From the NCBI RefSeq assembly GCF_001194135.2, contig NC_068981.1, positions 177,973,942 to 178,037,941 on the forward strand: DNA of 64,000 bases. Reading direction: 5' to 3'. Source of the DNA: Octopus bimaculoides. Its lineage: Eukaryota. The notes under the pieces are model-generated. The model searched no databases. It saw only the letters and a list, made by a program, of their open reading frames with translations, and was not told the origin of the DNA. The position numbers were made by a program, and so were the translations under genes. Shown piece by piece: positions 41,460 to 52,926 of this stretch. Each line of letters opens with the position of its first letter. Within the stretch, counting starts at the first letter, position 1.

Positions 41460-41812
41460 AAGTATTGAATGTCAAAATGCTGGACCTTACAAAGGAGATG
41501 ACAGAAGACTGAAATATGTGGCACATCACTGTACTCGAGAAGTCCTGCCCACCACAACAACTGAAATCCTAAAACCAAGGTACCATGTAAAAAGCATTTG
41601 TGTGGGTGTTGGTACCATGTAAAAAACACTGGTGCTGGTGGCTCATAAAAAGCATCAAGTACACTCTGTAGAGTGGCTGGCATTAGGAAGGGCATCCAGT
41701 TGTAGAAACCAAGCCAAATCAGACTATGGAACCTGGTGCGGCCTCTGGCTTTGCCAGTTCCTGTCAAACCACCCAACCCATGCCAGCATGGAAAGCTGAT
41801 GCTTGAAGATGG
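41460..41812 (+). mobile_element. Older RTE 3'-end/UTR-type short element. Further copies ~33600-33830, 44780-44990, 46930-47095, 50660-50850, 50895-51120, 56230-56410, 56930-57160, 63710-63972
   Basis: Shared cores GGCATTAGGAAGGGCATCCAGCTGTAGAAAC and CATGCCAGCATGGAAA with GAT/CAT tails. Confidence 0.7.
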
Positions 41813-42329
41813 GGACACATATAGCTAAATTTAAAGGCAAATAGTGTTGACTGAATAGGAAAATAGTTAACGCATATACCTGGTAAACAAGACATGTGAC
41901 TTGTTGTGTATGTGCAAGTGTGCTGAGAGGGAGAGGGAGAGGATGAGGAGGAGGGAGGGGGAGAGAGAGAAAGAGAGCAAGGGGGTGTTGCATTGAAAGA
42001 TATATATACACTTCAGTGTACACACGTATACACACACACACACACANNNNNNNNNNNNNNNNNNNNNNNNNNNNNNNNNNNNNNNNNNNNNNNNNNNNNN
42101 NNNNNNNNNNNNNNNNNNNNNNNNNNNNNNNNNNNNNNNNNNNNNNNNNNNNNNNNNNNNNNNNNNNNNNNNNNNNNNNNNNNNNNNNNNNNNNNNNNNN
42201 NNNNNNNNNNNNNNNNNNNNNNNNNNNNNNNNNNNNNNNNNNNNNNNNNNNNNNNNNNNNNNNNNNNNNNNNNNNNNNNNNNNNNNNNNNNNNNNNNNNN
42301 NNNNNNNNNNNNNNNNNNNTCTAGGTTAA

Positions 42330-42545
42330 AGTCAGAACAAGGTTATCCTGGCATGGAACTAAACAGCTAAAAGAAGCTTTTCTGATGTAGATATTATTTC
42401 TGAATAGAATCTGTCTCTTATTGGATCTGAAGCTAACAGTCACTTTAATTATAATTTTGCTGTCTTCATTGCTGCCTATATTCACTTTCTTCCTGATTAT
42501 CAACATTACTCTGTTAAGTCTTGGCTTTAACAAAACTGATGGTTA
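42330..42545 (-). mobile_element. Short remnant of the same old LINE family as 2230-2730
   Basis: Shared 18-mer CTTCATTGCTGCCTATAT in a similar context. Confidence 0.4.
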
Positions 42546-42567
42546 TAACTCAAAATATGTGATACAA

Positions 42568-42624
<57 letters not shown>

Positions 42625-42742
42625 CGTGCGTGCGCGTGCATGTGTGTGTTTGCGCATGCTTGCTTATGTTCATTTTCAAATGGGGAAATTTTCAATGTGT
42701 GCAACAGATGAATATTCCCTCAAAAGAGATAAAGAACAGATA

Positions 42743-42900
42743 CAGGCATGGCTGTGTGGTAAGAAGCTTGCTTCCTAATCACATGGTTTCAGGTTCAATC
42801 CCAATGCGTCATGCCTTGGATAAGTATCTTCCACTATAGTCCTGGGTTGATCAAAACCTTGTGAGTGGATTTGGTAGATGAAAATAGAAAGAAATCCTTC
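42743..42900 (+). mobile_element. CORE-type tRNA SINE (GCATGGCTGTGTGGTAAG head). Others ~10021-10180(+), 13320-13480(-), 21505-21648(-), 23660-23790(-), 33338-33490(+), 44995-45140(-), 56468-56595(-), 56712-56838(-), 62367-62505(-), 63493-63632(+)
   Basis: CACATGGTT..GGTTCAGTCCCA and CCTTGG.CAAGTGTCTTCTACTATAG blocks recur in all copies. Confidence 0.8.
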
Positions 42901-42940
42901 ATATACACATGTGTGTGGATGTGTGTTTATAAATATATTA

Positions 42941-43366
42941 ACAAGGTGTCCCAAAAGTCACTGATGGGTTTCAATTTTTAATAACTTCCTTAACTTCACA
43001 AATAAATACATCACTACATCACATGAAAAATGACATCACTTAAATGGCAGCCATTTTTGGCTTAGCACACCTATGCTCTTTTCAAAACTTGCACCATAAC
43101 ACCCTCAAGAGTTTCAGACCTCACTTCTCTGATTTCTCTATTGATGTTCTCCTTCAGTTGCACCAGGGTCTCCAGTTTGTTGATGCAAACCCTTTCTTTC
43201 AGCTATCCCCACAAAAAAAGATGCAGGCTAGTCAAGTCTGGGCTATGTGAAGGCCATTCAAAGTAGACCTCACACATGATTCCAGCAAGATGGGGCAACT
43301 GCTCATACCGCAAGAGAAACAACGCAGTTGATAAGGTAGTACTTTGGAGAGAGAATAATCTCCCAC
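42941..43366 (-). mobile_element. Tc1/mariner-superfamily transposase 3' remnant with terminal inverted repeat (TIR); one segment inverted
   Basis: Minus 43270-43030: FEWPSHSPDLTSLHLFLWG*LKERVCINKLETL. Plus 43274-43366: T*FQQDGATAHTARETTQLIR*YFGERIISH. End sequence TA|ACAAGGTGTCCCAAAAGTCA. Confidence 0.85.
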
Positions 43367-45484
43367 TACAGCAATGTCAATAATTTAGGTAAGAAATAAT
43401 TTAGGTAAAAAAATTATAGAGGGACTAGCATCATATTTAGAGATTACTTCAATTTGTCTAAAATATTTGGATAATGTAAGTTTTTTACAATCGGTTAACT
43501 TTAGTTTGCGGTTAAATTTTCCTTCCCTTAAACAAATTCTTATCACCTTGGCTCTTGCACTAACTGATCCTAAGACAATTAACTTAATGTAGATGAGATG
43601 AATAGTTTTACACATAATCAATAAACTTCTTTATTATAATAGTTGCTTCAATGACTTCTGAGAAAATTTTGCATTTCTGGGAGACTTCAAATTTTCAGTG
43701 CAGCATCAAAATTAATCAGACATGTTCTCTTTAAATCAATCAAAAGTATTTCAATATTGAGCAAATGTTCAATCTCTACAGAACCCAAATTTATTTCATT
43801 ATAAAGTACTGCCCCACCACCGCCACCGCGACTGCAACCACCATCACCAAATGGTATTTGTCTATTATTTGGATCCTCGACGACAAACAGAAAAAGGTTC
43901 CCTGTTGAAAACATTCAAATGTTATATTGTGTCTTATTTCTGCTCTTTTTTTAATTATTTTTTTAAAAACTATCTGCAAAGGATTTTTGTAATATGTCAG
44001 CTTTACTTTCACTCAAACTTACCAATTACATCCACTTCTCAACTTCTCATTGCCTTATAATAGTCTTCTTTCCCTAAAGCCCAAACCAATAATTACAGCA
44101 GTTATTCATTTCAAACACTGATACCCATAGGACCGTCTTATTTATAATGTGTTCACACAAGACGCTGACTTCCAACTCTTTAAGCTTTATATTAACAATC
44201 TCACTCATGAACTACACACTTTTCGTTCAACATAGACCTGAAGACCTATGAGCTACAGTTGATGTTTAGACATAAAATAGAAAATATTGGGATTGATGGA
44301 TTTTTAGTTAACTAACTACTTTGGGGCCAGACAACAACTAGTAACAAACACAAATTTAAATTTATACAGAATTAATATGAGTGTAAATAAGGACATTCGA
44401 GAAAAACTAAACCATAATATTTTATGTATTTACAGTTCAAATTCAAAAGATATCTAATCACAAAGTAAAGAAAAAAATTTAAACAATAAATATGTTACCA
44501 GTTGCTGCTATAATTATAGACATTTTTCTTGATATATGTGATCAGCATGGGCAATTAATAATTGTATATGTTAACTTCAAAAATATCTAACTTATTAAAC
44601 TATTATAAAGAGGAATGTAATAAAATGGAAACTGAATTATTATTATATAATACTAATTTGAGTTAGTTTTGGCATTTTTCTTAATAACTACAGATATTTT
44701 TCTAAATAAATGTGACAAGTATGGACAATTAATAGCAGCAACCATTAGCTTTGAAAATATCTTATTAAACTGATCATTGTCATCATCTTCATGTTTGCAT
44801 GGATCAGATGGAATTTACTCAGGCAGAAGATTTTCCACAGCCTGATGCCTTTCCTGTAGCCAATCCTCACCTGTTTTCAAGGCAGGTAATATTTCACCAT
44901 GAAAGACAGGAAATGTACAAATCACTTGTATGTTAGTGATGCTCATTTATAATCATCGCATGATGTCAAGATAATTTACACACAAACACACACAATGGGC
45001 CTCCTGAGCCCCTAAATCTATCCACAAAGCTCCAGTCAACCTGGGGCCCCTTGCAGAAGACATCTGCCAAAGATGCTGCACAGTAGGGACTAAACCCAAC
45101 ACCACATGGTTTGGAAGCAAGATTCTCAACTGCACTTCCATCCCAACTATTGTATAAATAGTAAAGAGGACAATAATAAAATGGAAATTTAATTATTATT
45201 AGCAAAACACAGCACTGATTCAAATATGAATAAAGCTTTCAAATCAGCTCGATAACTAATATAGTCAAAACTTCATCACTAATATGCAATTACCACATTA
45301 ACCATTAAGTTATCAATAGTAACAGTTAATTTACATATCTTATAAAGCTTATAATTTGATATTATTTTATTAGCCTTCTTAAAGCAGTGTATCCACTTCT
45401 CTTATTTACTCTCTTTTGACAGAATTTTTAAAATTCTTTTTAAAGGTTTCAAAACTTCAACTTATCCATAGTACTAACTTTTAA

Positions 45485-45703
45485 CCTTTTAGCATTCAGA
45501 TTGCTGTATCAAATGTAATGCTTATTTATTCACATTGATTTAAATGACTCATACATTATCTCATAGCTTCAAGATCTCGATGATGTGATTGATTATTTTT
45601 AAAATTACATTGTAGGATAGATGTAAAAGACTAGATCTGGTCAGTTTGAACATAAAATGGTAGAATATTTTAACTGGGCATGGCCAGTTTAAATGTTAAA
45701 GGG
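45485..45703. mobile_element. piggyBac-like MITE, same family
   Basis: TTAA|CCTTTTAGCATTCAG ... AAATGTTAAAGGG|CTAG. Confidence 0.65.
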
Positions 45704-45793
45704 CTAGCAGACAAGAACTTGAGACATTCTTATTTCTTCAATAGGTATTTTATTTGCCTAAGTGAAATAACTGCTAATATTTGAGTACTGATA

Positions 45794-46164
45794 AGGCAGC
45801 AAAGCTGGCAGAATTGTTACAACGGTGGGCAAAATGTTTCGTGGCATTTTGTCTGTTTTTATGTTCTTAGTTCAAATTCCACCAAGACCAACTTTGCCTT
45901 TCATCCTTTAGGGGTAAAAAAAATAAGTACCAGTTGAGCACTGGGGGGTCAATGTAATTGATTTACCACCTCAACAAAACTTTCTGGCTTTGTGCTAAAA
46001 TATGAAATCAATATGTTAGTGCTGATATTCCACTAAGATTGGCTTTGCCTTTCATCCTTTCGGGGGTCAATCAAATAAGTACCAGTAGAGCAGGGGGGGG
46101 GGGTCAATGTAATTGACTTACTCCCTTCTGTAGAATTGCTGACCTTGTGCCAAAATTCGAAATC
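45794..46164 (+). mobile_element. Meta-like SINE plus a tandem partial copy. Others ~160-333(-), 561-690(-), 33849-34038(-), 34427-34622(+), 59212-59393(+), 59510-59615(+), 59695-59825(+)
   Basis: Shared CTTTGCCTTTCATCCTT...AAATAAGTACCAG core. Confidence 0.8.
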
Positions 46165-47121
46165 AATATTTTAGTACTGATAATCCACAAACAGGGCATC
46201 AATATCAATCCCAACCAATTCCAGAATCTAATCCTTTTCCCATCTACATAGCTTCAAACTGAAGTTACTTTCCCATGAATGCGATCTTGTATGTTATGCA
46301 GCACTCTGGTAGAAACTGGCTAATGAATTTGCAAGCAGTTTTTCAACTTACTTAACAGTTAAACATGAGTCTCAGGTGAAACAATTAGCCACACTTTGTC
46401 AATATGTGCAGCAGTCACCTTTCTTATTTTTTTTCTTTTTTATCAAGATCTATTATTTTTCCAACAATTAAGTACAAGTTTGCTTATACTCCAACAACGA
46501 TGAAAAACAGCATTAACATTAAAGTTTGCCACTATCCAATAAAATCTAAGGGGGTTTTAAGGCTAGCCATGATGTCAAAAAATAAAAAGGAAGAATACAA
46601 AATCCTCTCCTTTTTATAATACATATTCATGTTAACATGAAATATACTATAGGATATAATTTCTACAAAGGTGTTACAACATTAGCTTAATATTTAACTG
46701 AAGGAAAAAGAAAACCAATGTAAAAATATATATCAACTGCTGCTTTTGTAAATACATAAGTGAGGCTTCGTATCAGGTTAAAGAGGTATCCAGCTATGCA
46801 ATTTTCTAAGAAAACATTATGCTGAGAGCATAGTAAATGAATCATCCTAATTTTCATTGACTACTTAAAAACAGAGAGGACAAGTTCTTAGAAATATATA
46901 AAAAGACAGCATTTCACCATTTCTATGTGCATCATCATCATTATTATTTAATATCTCTTTTCCAGGCTGGCATGAGTTGGATGTTTGATGAGCTGATGAG
47001 CTAGAGGACTGCACTCCAATGTCTGCTCTGGCATGGTTTCTATAACTCTATGCCCTCCCTAATGCCAATCATTTCACAGAGTGTATTGGGTGCCATATAC
47101 TACTACTACTACTACTACATC

Positions 47122-47894
47122 ATCTTCCGGAAAAGAAAAAATCCTAACATCAGGCTACAAAAACTAAACTTAGCTGCTAAAAACCCTCCTACTGGGCTAC
47201 AACAAGTAACCTTAGATGCCAAGAACTCGCCTAAGTATCCTAGCTGTCCCTAATAATACTGATTTCTGGAGCTGTACTAAACTGGGTTTTACGCCTATTT
47301 CCTCTATCCATCTGTTCAGATCTTTAGGGATAGTTCTCAATGCACCGATAACTACTGGGATATATTTTACCTGCACTTTCCATAGTTTCTGTAATTCAAT
47401 AGCTAGGTCTTGGTACTTTGCTATTTTTTCTATACTCCTCATATTAAGGTTTTCATCATTTGGGACTGTAAAGTCAATTATCTGGCACTTTCTGTTCTCT
47501 TTATCTACTACTATGAAATCAGGCCATCTAGCTTCTATTACTCTGTCAGTCTAAATGTTAAAGACCCACAGCAACTTATATTTCTTATTTTCTAGTAATT
47601 TACTAGCTTCATGTTTATACCATTTATCAGTATGTTCAAATTCTAGCTCTTTACATCTCTCAGTGGATTACTCTCCCAAAATTGTCATATCTTTTCTTGT
47701 ATTCTTTCTGTGCCAGCATGCTACACTCACTTACTATATGAGTGTTTTTGAATTGCATAATCTACATTGGAAATCTACTTGGTTTTTGTCTATCTTGGCT
47801 TTTATCCAATCGGTCATTAATGCTTGATCTTGTGCAGCTACTAACAAACTTCTGTCTCACTCTTCAGCTTTCCTTTCTGCAACCATAACCAATT
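47122..47894 (-). mobile_element. R4/Dong-clade non-LTR retrotransposon 3' end (CCHC knuckle plus restriction-like endonuclease); frameshifted, runs into N-gap
   Basis: Reverse translation: WLQKGKLKSETE..LVAAQDQAL...CRLC...HIVSEC...KLLWVFNI*TDRVIEARWPDFIVVDKENRKCQIIDFTVP...EKIAKYQDL...IPVVIGALRTIPK...LQKSVLLGTARILRRVLGI*. Followed by ~90 bp UTR and a (TAG)n run. Confidence 0.92.
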
Positions 47895-48891
47895 NNNNNN
47901 NNNNNNNNNNNNNNNNNNNNNNNNNNNNNNNNNNNNNNNNNNNNNNNNNNNNNNNNNNNNNNNNNNNNNNNNNNNNNNNNNNNNNNNNNNNNNNNNNNNN
48001 NNNNNNNNNNNNNNNNNNNNNNNNNNNNNNNNNNNNNNNNNNNNNNNNNNNNNNNNNNNNNNNNNNNNNNNNNNNNNNNNNNNNNNNNNNNNNNNNNNNN
48101 NNNNNNNNNNNNNNNNNNNNNNNNNNNNNNNNNNNNNNNNNNNNNNNNNNNNNNNNNNNNNNNNNNNNNNNNNNNNNNNNNNNNNNNNNNNNNNNNNNNN
48201 NNNNNNNNNNNNNNNNNNNNNNNNNNNNNNNNNNNNNNNNNNNNACAGACAGAGACAGACAGACAGACAGAGACAGACAGACAGACAGAGACAGAGAGAC
48301 AGACAGAGAATTAGAATCCTTGATGTTTAAAACCTATAAATCAATGTTAGCTAAAATCTATACATATACACAGTAGTTGCATAATAGTGTTGAAACAACA
48401 AAACACTAATGGTACACCAATAATTTAATTATCAGTTTATACTTAAGCTCTTAGTAACAACAGATTTATAACCAATGTCTCTGTGGACAGTTAAAAAGGG
48501 TCCTCAATCACTGATGTAATTCCAACACAAGACTGAAACGAGACCTTATTTTTTTGTCCACAAATAGAATATATGAAGACAAATATACACGCGTACATAT
48601 ACGTATGTATTTATGTGTATAGTTATAGCTGTTATGATCAATCCGTGAAGTGGTGGCAATTTGTTCTATGTAGGCGTAAGGATATAAACAGATAAAAATC
48701 TCACAAATAAAATGAATAAGAGTATGAAGCAAAGAGGAGACATACAAACAATACATTGAATATATTGAATTACCAAAAAAACAGAGCTTCTTTGCTAAAA
48801 CTACAAATCTATGAAATGTTACAATCTGCACGGTAGTTATCATTAATTCATATTCATTCCTCCTAAGATTCCTGGGTCTTGATCTTTGAGT

Positions 48892-48926
<35 letters not shown>

Positions 48927-49239
48927 CTGAAAAGGTGGCTGCACTCCACTTAGCCCCACACTGAACTTGCTAGCCTTAAGCCAAAATTTGTAACTAATAT
49001 AAATATGTACAAGCACATATGCACACATAAAAGCAGAGCATGGAACTGCAAACAAAACAAAGAAAAGGGGAGTCAAAATGATCAACCATACTCCTAGGAA
49101 AATGGCACAGCTCTGGTAAGGCTACATAAGTAATTGAACACTAGAATCTGAGATCCAATACTATACCACTCCTCACATTCTTGACTGCAGGCTTCATGGA
49201 GTCCTTGACATCATGTGATTGATGATCATCCTACTCACT

Positions 49240-49560
49240 ACTCTCTGATGGTACTCCAGATGCAGCAGACCAGAGTGCTCAAACCCAAGAGAATGTACAA
49301 GAAGAAACAGAAGTAGCATGAAAGACAGAAGACTGAACTGGTATGGGCATGTGATGCATAATGGATAACAAGAGCTGCATCAAAAGAGCTGAACATGTGA
49401 AGTGGATGGTGCCTGTAGAAGAGAAAAATCTGTGAAGACATATGATGAAGTAATGAAGACTCAATCTAAAGCTGCTAACAAGAGACTGACAAGAGACTCA
49501 ACAGTGACAACATGCTGTGCTGAAGAAAACCCACATTCTTGTGCAAGAATGGCAGAAACA
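49240..49560 (+). mobile_element. RTE LINE C-terminal remnant
   Basis: RRLNWYGHVMH...KSCIKR...VDGACRREKSVKTYDEVMK, homologous to 52085-52230. Confidence 0.7.
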
Positions 49561-50025
49561 ACATGGAAACAAGTAGTGATGATGGCTGGGTTACACTCAT
49601 TGCATTCATCTTCTGTCCCCCCTAGAGAGAACACTAAAATGGTTAGCAACAGTGGCTGAGAACATCTCACTGTTTTCATCCTCACTCCCTCCTCCCCCAC
49701 TGCTTCTATGGTATTCACTTGTCTCTCTTTCTCTCACAGCTTCCCCTACATGCATCCACTGCATACCCGCCCTACCACTCCTTCTCTCACTGACATTTAC
49801 TCCTCCCCCCACCTTAGCTTCTCTGCAGGCCTCAAAACCTTCTTACTTCCTTCTCTTTGGCTCAGGATACCCCACTTCTCTTTCTTTCACTTCCCCTCTC
49901 CTCACAGCTTCTCCAGTTACTTGTCATCCTATCTCTTTTTGAAGCACTCTACCCATCCATATCCACCCTTCTAATATGGGATAGCACTGGATCTTCTTAC
50001 TCTACCCCGCTCCATCATCCATATC

Positions 50026-50067
<42 letters not shown>

Positions 50068-51160
50068 CCCTCTCTCTCTCTCTTTCTTTCTTTCTAACTC
50101 CTGACACCACATTTTACCCCACTCAACTTTTCCTGTCCTTTCCATGACTCATCTCCAGCACTGTTACTCTCCACTACAACCCCTTACAACAATGAATCTG
50201 TTCCCCCTTTCATACTAACCATCATCTTCCCCCATTCTCATTTACCACTGATCAACTGCCCTACCACCAACCTTGCTCCCATTCACAACATCCACTTCCT
50301 ATATACACCTGACCCCCATCAATCCTATGTTTATATCCATTTCTCACTCTCCTTGACACTATTACAACCTTACCAACTTCAGTTCATTCTCCACTCTATC
50401 CTCTCTTCTAATTACATTTTTGGACATGTTACCCTGAGGGTACTTTCTGCCAACTTGTCACCGATGTATTTAACTCCCTTTCAGGTATCACACCAGCCAC
50501 ACACAACCACCCATGTAAAATGCATGGCAACCATGAATCACCTCAACAACAAACATGCTCCTGCTCTATCCATCACATTTTAACCTCTTAACACCTCACA
50601 TAAACCAAGCACAGTATCTATCATTCTCCCTTTAAAGTCTTGTGAGTTACAAGGCAACTTCTCTAGAGCTAGTACCACAAAACAGCACCCAGTACACTCT
50701 GTAAAGCGGTTGGTTTTAGGAAGGGCATTCAGCTGTAGAAACCATACCAAAGAAGAAAAACATGGTCCTCTAACATGCTGGACCCAGTCAAACCATCTAA
50801 AATATACCAGTATGGAAAGCTGATATAAAAGCGGTGATGATGATGATACAGAATGTTTGTGTGTGTGTGTGCGCGCGTGCATAGGCATGTACATCATCAG
50901 CATCAGCGTTTTTATCTCTACTTTTCTATGCTTGCATGGGTTGGATGGAATATTCTTGAGGTAGACTTTCTGCAGTTAGATGCCCTTCTTGTCACCGACT
51001 CTCAGTTGTTCCCAAGAAAGGTAATATTTCCCTATAAACAGAAGTGCTTTCGCAAAAGTATGGGATGGGAGAACAGTCCTTGCATGAAGGTGACAGTTGT
51101 TTACAACTAGCATATGATGACAAAGCAAGGAGACAGTAACACACACACACACACACACAC

Positions 51161-52926
51161 AGAGCAATGCAAAAACTAGGGATAGATAAGAACTATACAG
51201 GCCCTTTACAGGGATGCTGTCAGTAAGGTGAGGGTCAGCAACGAGTATAGTGAAGAATTCCAGCTTGAAGTAGGGGTGCACCAAGGATCAGTCCTCAGCC
51301 TCCTGTTATTCATCATAGTCCTCCAGGCAATAACAGAGGAATTCAAGACTGGATGCCCTTGGGAGCACCTCTATGCTGATGTCCTTGCTCTCATAGCTGA
51401 ATCACTCCCAGAACTAGAGAAGAAATGTCAGGTGTTGAAGCAAGGTCTAGAATCGAAGGGCCTTAGAGTCAATGTAGCAAAAACCAAAGTCCTAGTAAGT
51501 AGGAAGGCAGACAAATCACAAACCCCTTCAGGTAGAAGGCCCTGCTCAATCTGTAGAAAAGATGTAGGTAGAAACTCCATAAGATGCACCCAGTGTAAGC
51601 TATGAACACATAAAAGGTGCAGCAATATCAAAGGAAGGTTAACCGGGATGATAGTTTTTGTGTGTAACAGATGCACAAGGGCAAAAAACACTGAAGATGT
51701 TCAGAAAAGAGATTCCATCACATGGCAGGGGGAGAAACTAGAAGTAGTAGATAGCTTCCGCTACCTAGGTAACCAAGTCTGTAGTGAGGGTGGACGCACT
51801 GAGAGTGTTGCCACTAGAATAAGAATAGCCTGGGCAAGCTTCAGAAAGCTCCTACTTCTGCTGGTAATAAAAGGGCCTCCCACTCAGAGTGAAAGGTAGA
51901 CTGTATGATGCATGTGTGTGAACAGCCATGCTACACAGCAGTGAAACATGGGCTATGACTGTTGAAGACATACGTAGGCTGGAAAGAAATGAAGCTAGTA
52001 TGATCTGCTGGATGTGTAATGTCAGTGTGCACTCACGACAGAGTGTAAGCACCCTGACATAAGAAGCATCAGATGTGGTTTACAAGAGAGACAAGTGTGC
52101 TGGTATGGCCACGTGCTGCGTATGGTTGAGGAAAGTTGTGTAAAGTGTCACACCCTAACAGTGGAAGGAACCTGTGAAATAGGTAGACCCAGGAAGACAT
52201 GGAATGAGGTAATGAAGCAGAACCTTCGAACGTTGGGCCTCACAGACAAGAGACTGAGACCTTTGGAGATGTGCTGTGACTGAGAAGACCTGGCAAGTAA
52301 AGTGAGATCACAGCCGCAGGTCATACCAGTGTTACATAACCAACCCATTGCAAACTACCCTTGAATATTGGGTGATATGCTGCGCTTGAGAAGACCTATT
52401 GAGTCAAGTAAAATCAAAAATCAAAACTCAAAATAAAAAGCAAATCAAGANNNNNNNNNNNNNNNNNNNNNNNNNNNNNNNNNNNNNNNNNNNNNNNNNN
52501 NNNNNNNNNNNATTGAGTCAAGTAAAATCAAAAATCAAAACTCAAAATAAAAAGCAAATCAAGATTGAAATCAAAATGAAAATCGTAGTTGTGGCTGATG
52601 CCAGTGCTGCCTGACTGGTACCCGTGCTGGTGGCACGTAATAAGCAACCATCCGAATGTGGTCAATGCCAGCGCTGCCTGACTGGCTCCCTGTGCTGGTG
52701 GCATGTAAATAGCACCATCCAACATGGTCAATGCCAGTGCCGCCAGACTGGTTCCCGTGCTAGTGGCATGTAAAAAGCACCCACCACACTCTCAGAGTGG
52801 TTGGCATTAGGAAGGGCATCAGATCAGATTAGAGCCTGGCGCAGCCTACGGGCTTGCCAGTCCTCAGTTAAACCGTGCAACTCATGCCAACATGGAAAAT
52901 GGATGTTAAACGGATGATGATGATGA
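51161..52926 (+). mobile_element. 5'-truncated RTE-clade LINE (RT C-terminal half, 3'UTR with 66-67 bp tandem units, (GAT)n tail); decayed
   Basis: Translates to IRTIQALYRDAVSKVRVSNEYSEEF...GVHQGSVLSLLLF...CPWEHLYADVL (RT YADD motif)...KTKVL...LEVVDSFRYLG...WYGHVLRM...GRPRKTWNEV, with stops and frameshifts. Ends in GGATGTTAAACGGATGATGATGATG. Confidence 0.93.

Noticed and set aside
44015-44085. Minus-strand exon candidate with TTG|GTAAGT donor
   Set aside because: Stops in all three frames; could only be non-coding and has no other support.
52398-52564. 53-bp direct repeat
   Set aside because: It flanks a 61-N gap exactly: an assembly overlap artefact.
52591-52785. CRISPR-like array
   Set aside because: Contiguous tandem units with no unique spacers, no cas genes, eukaryotic retroelement UTR.
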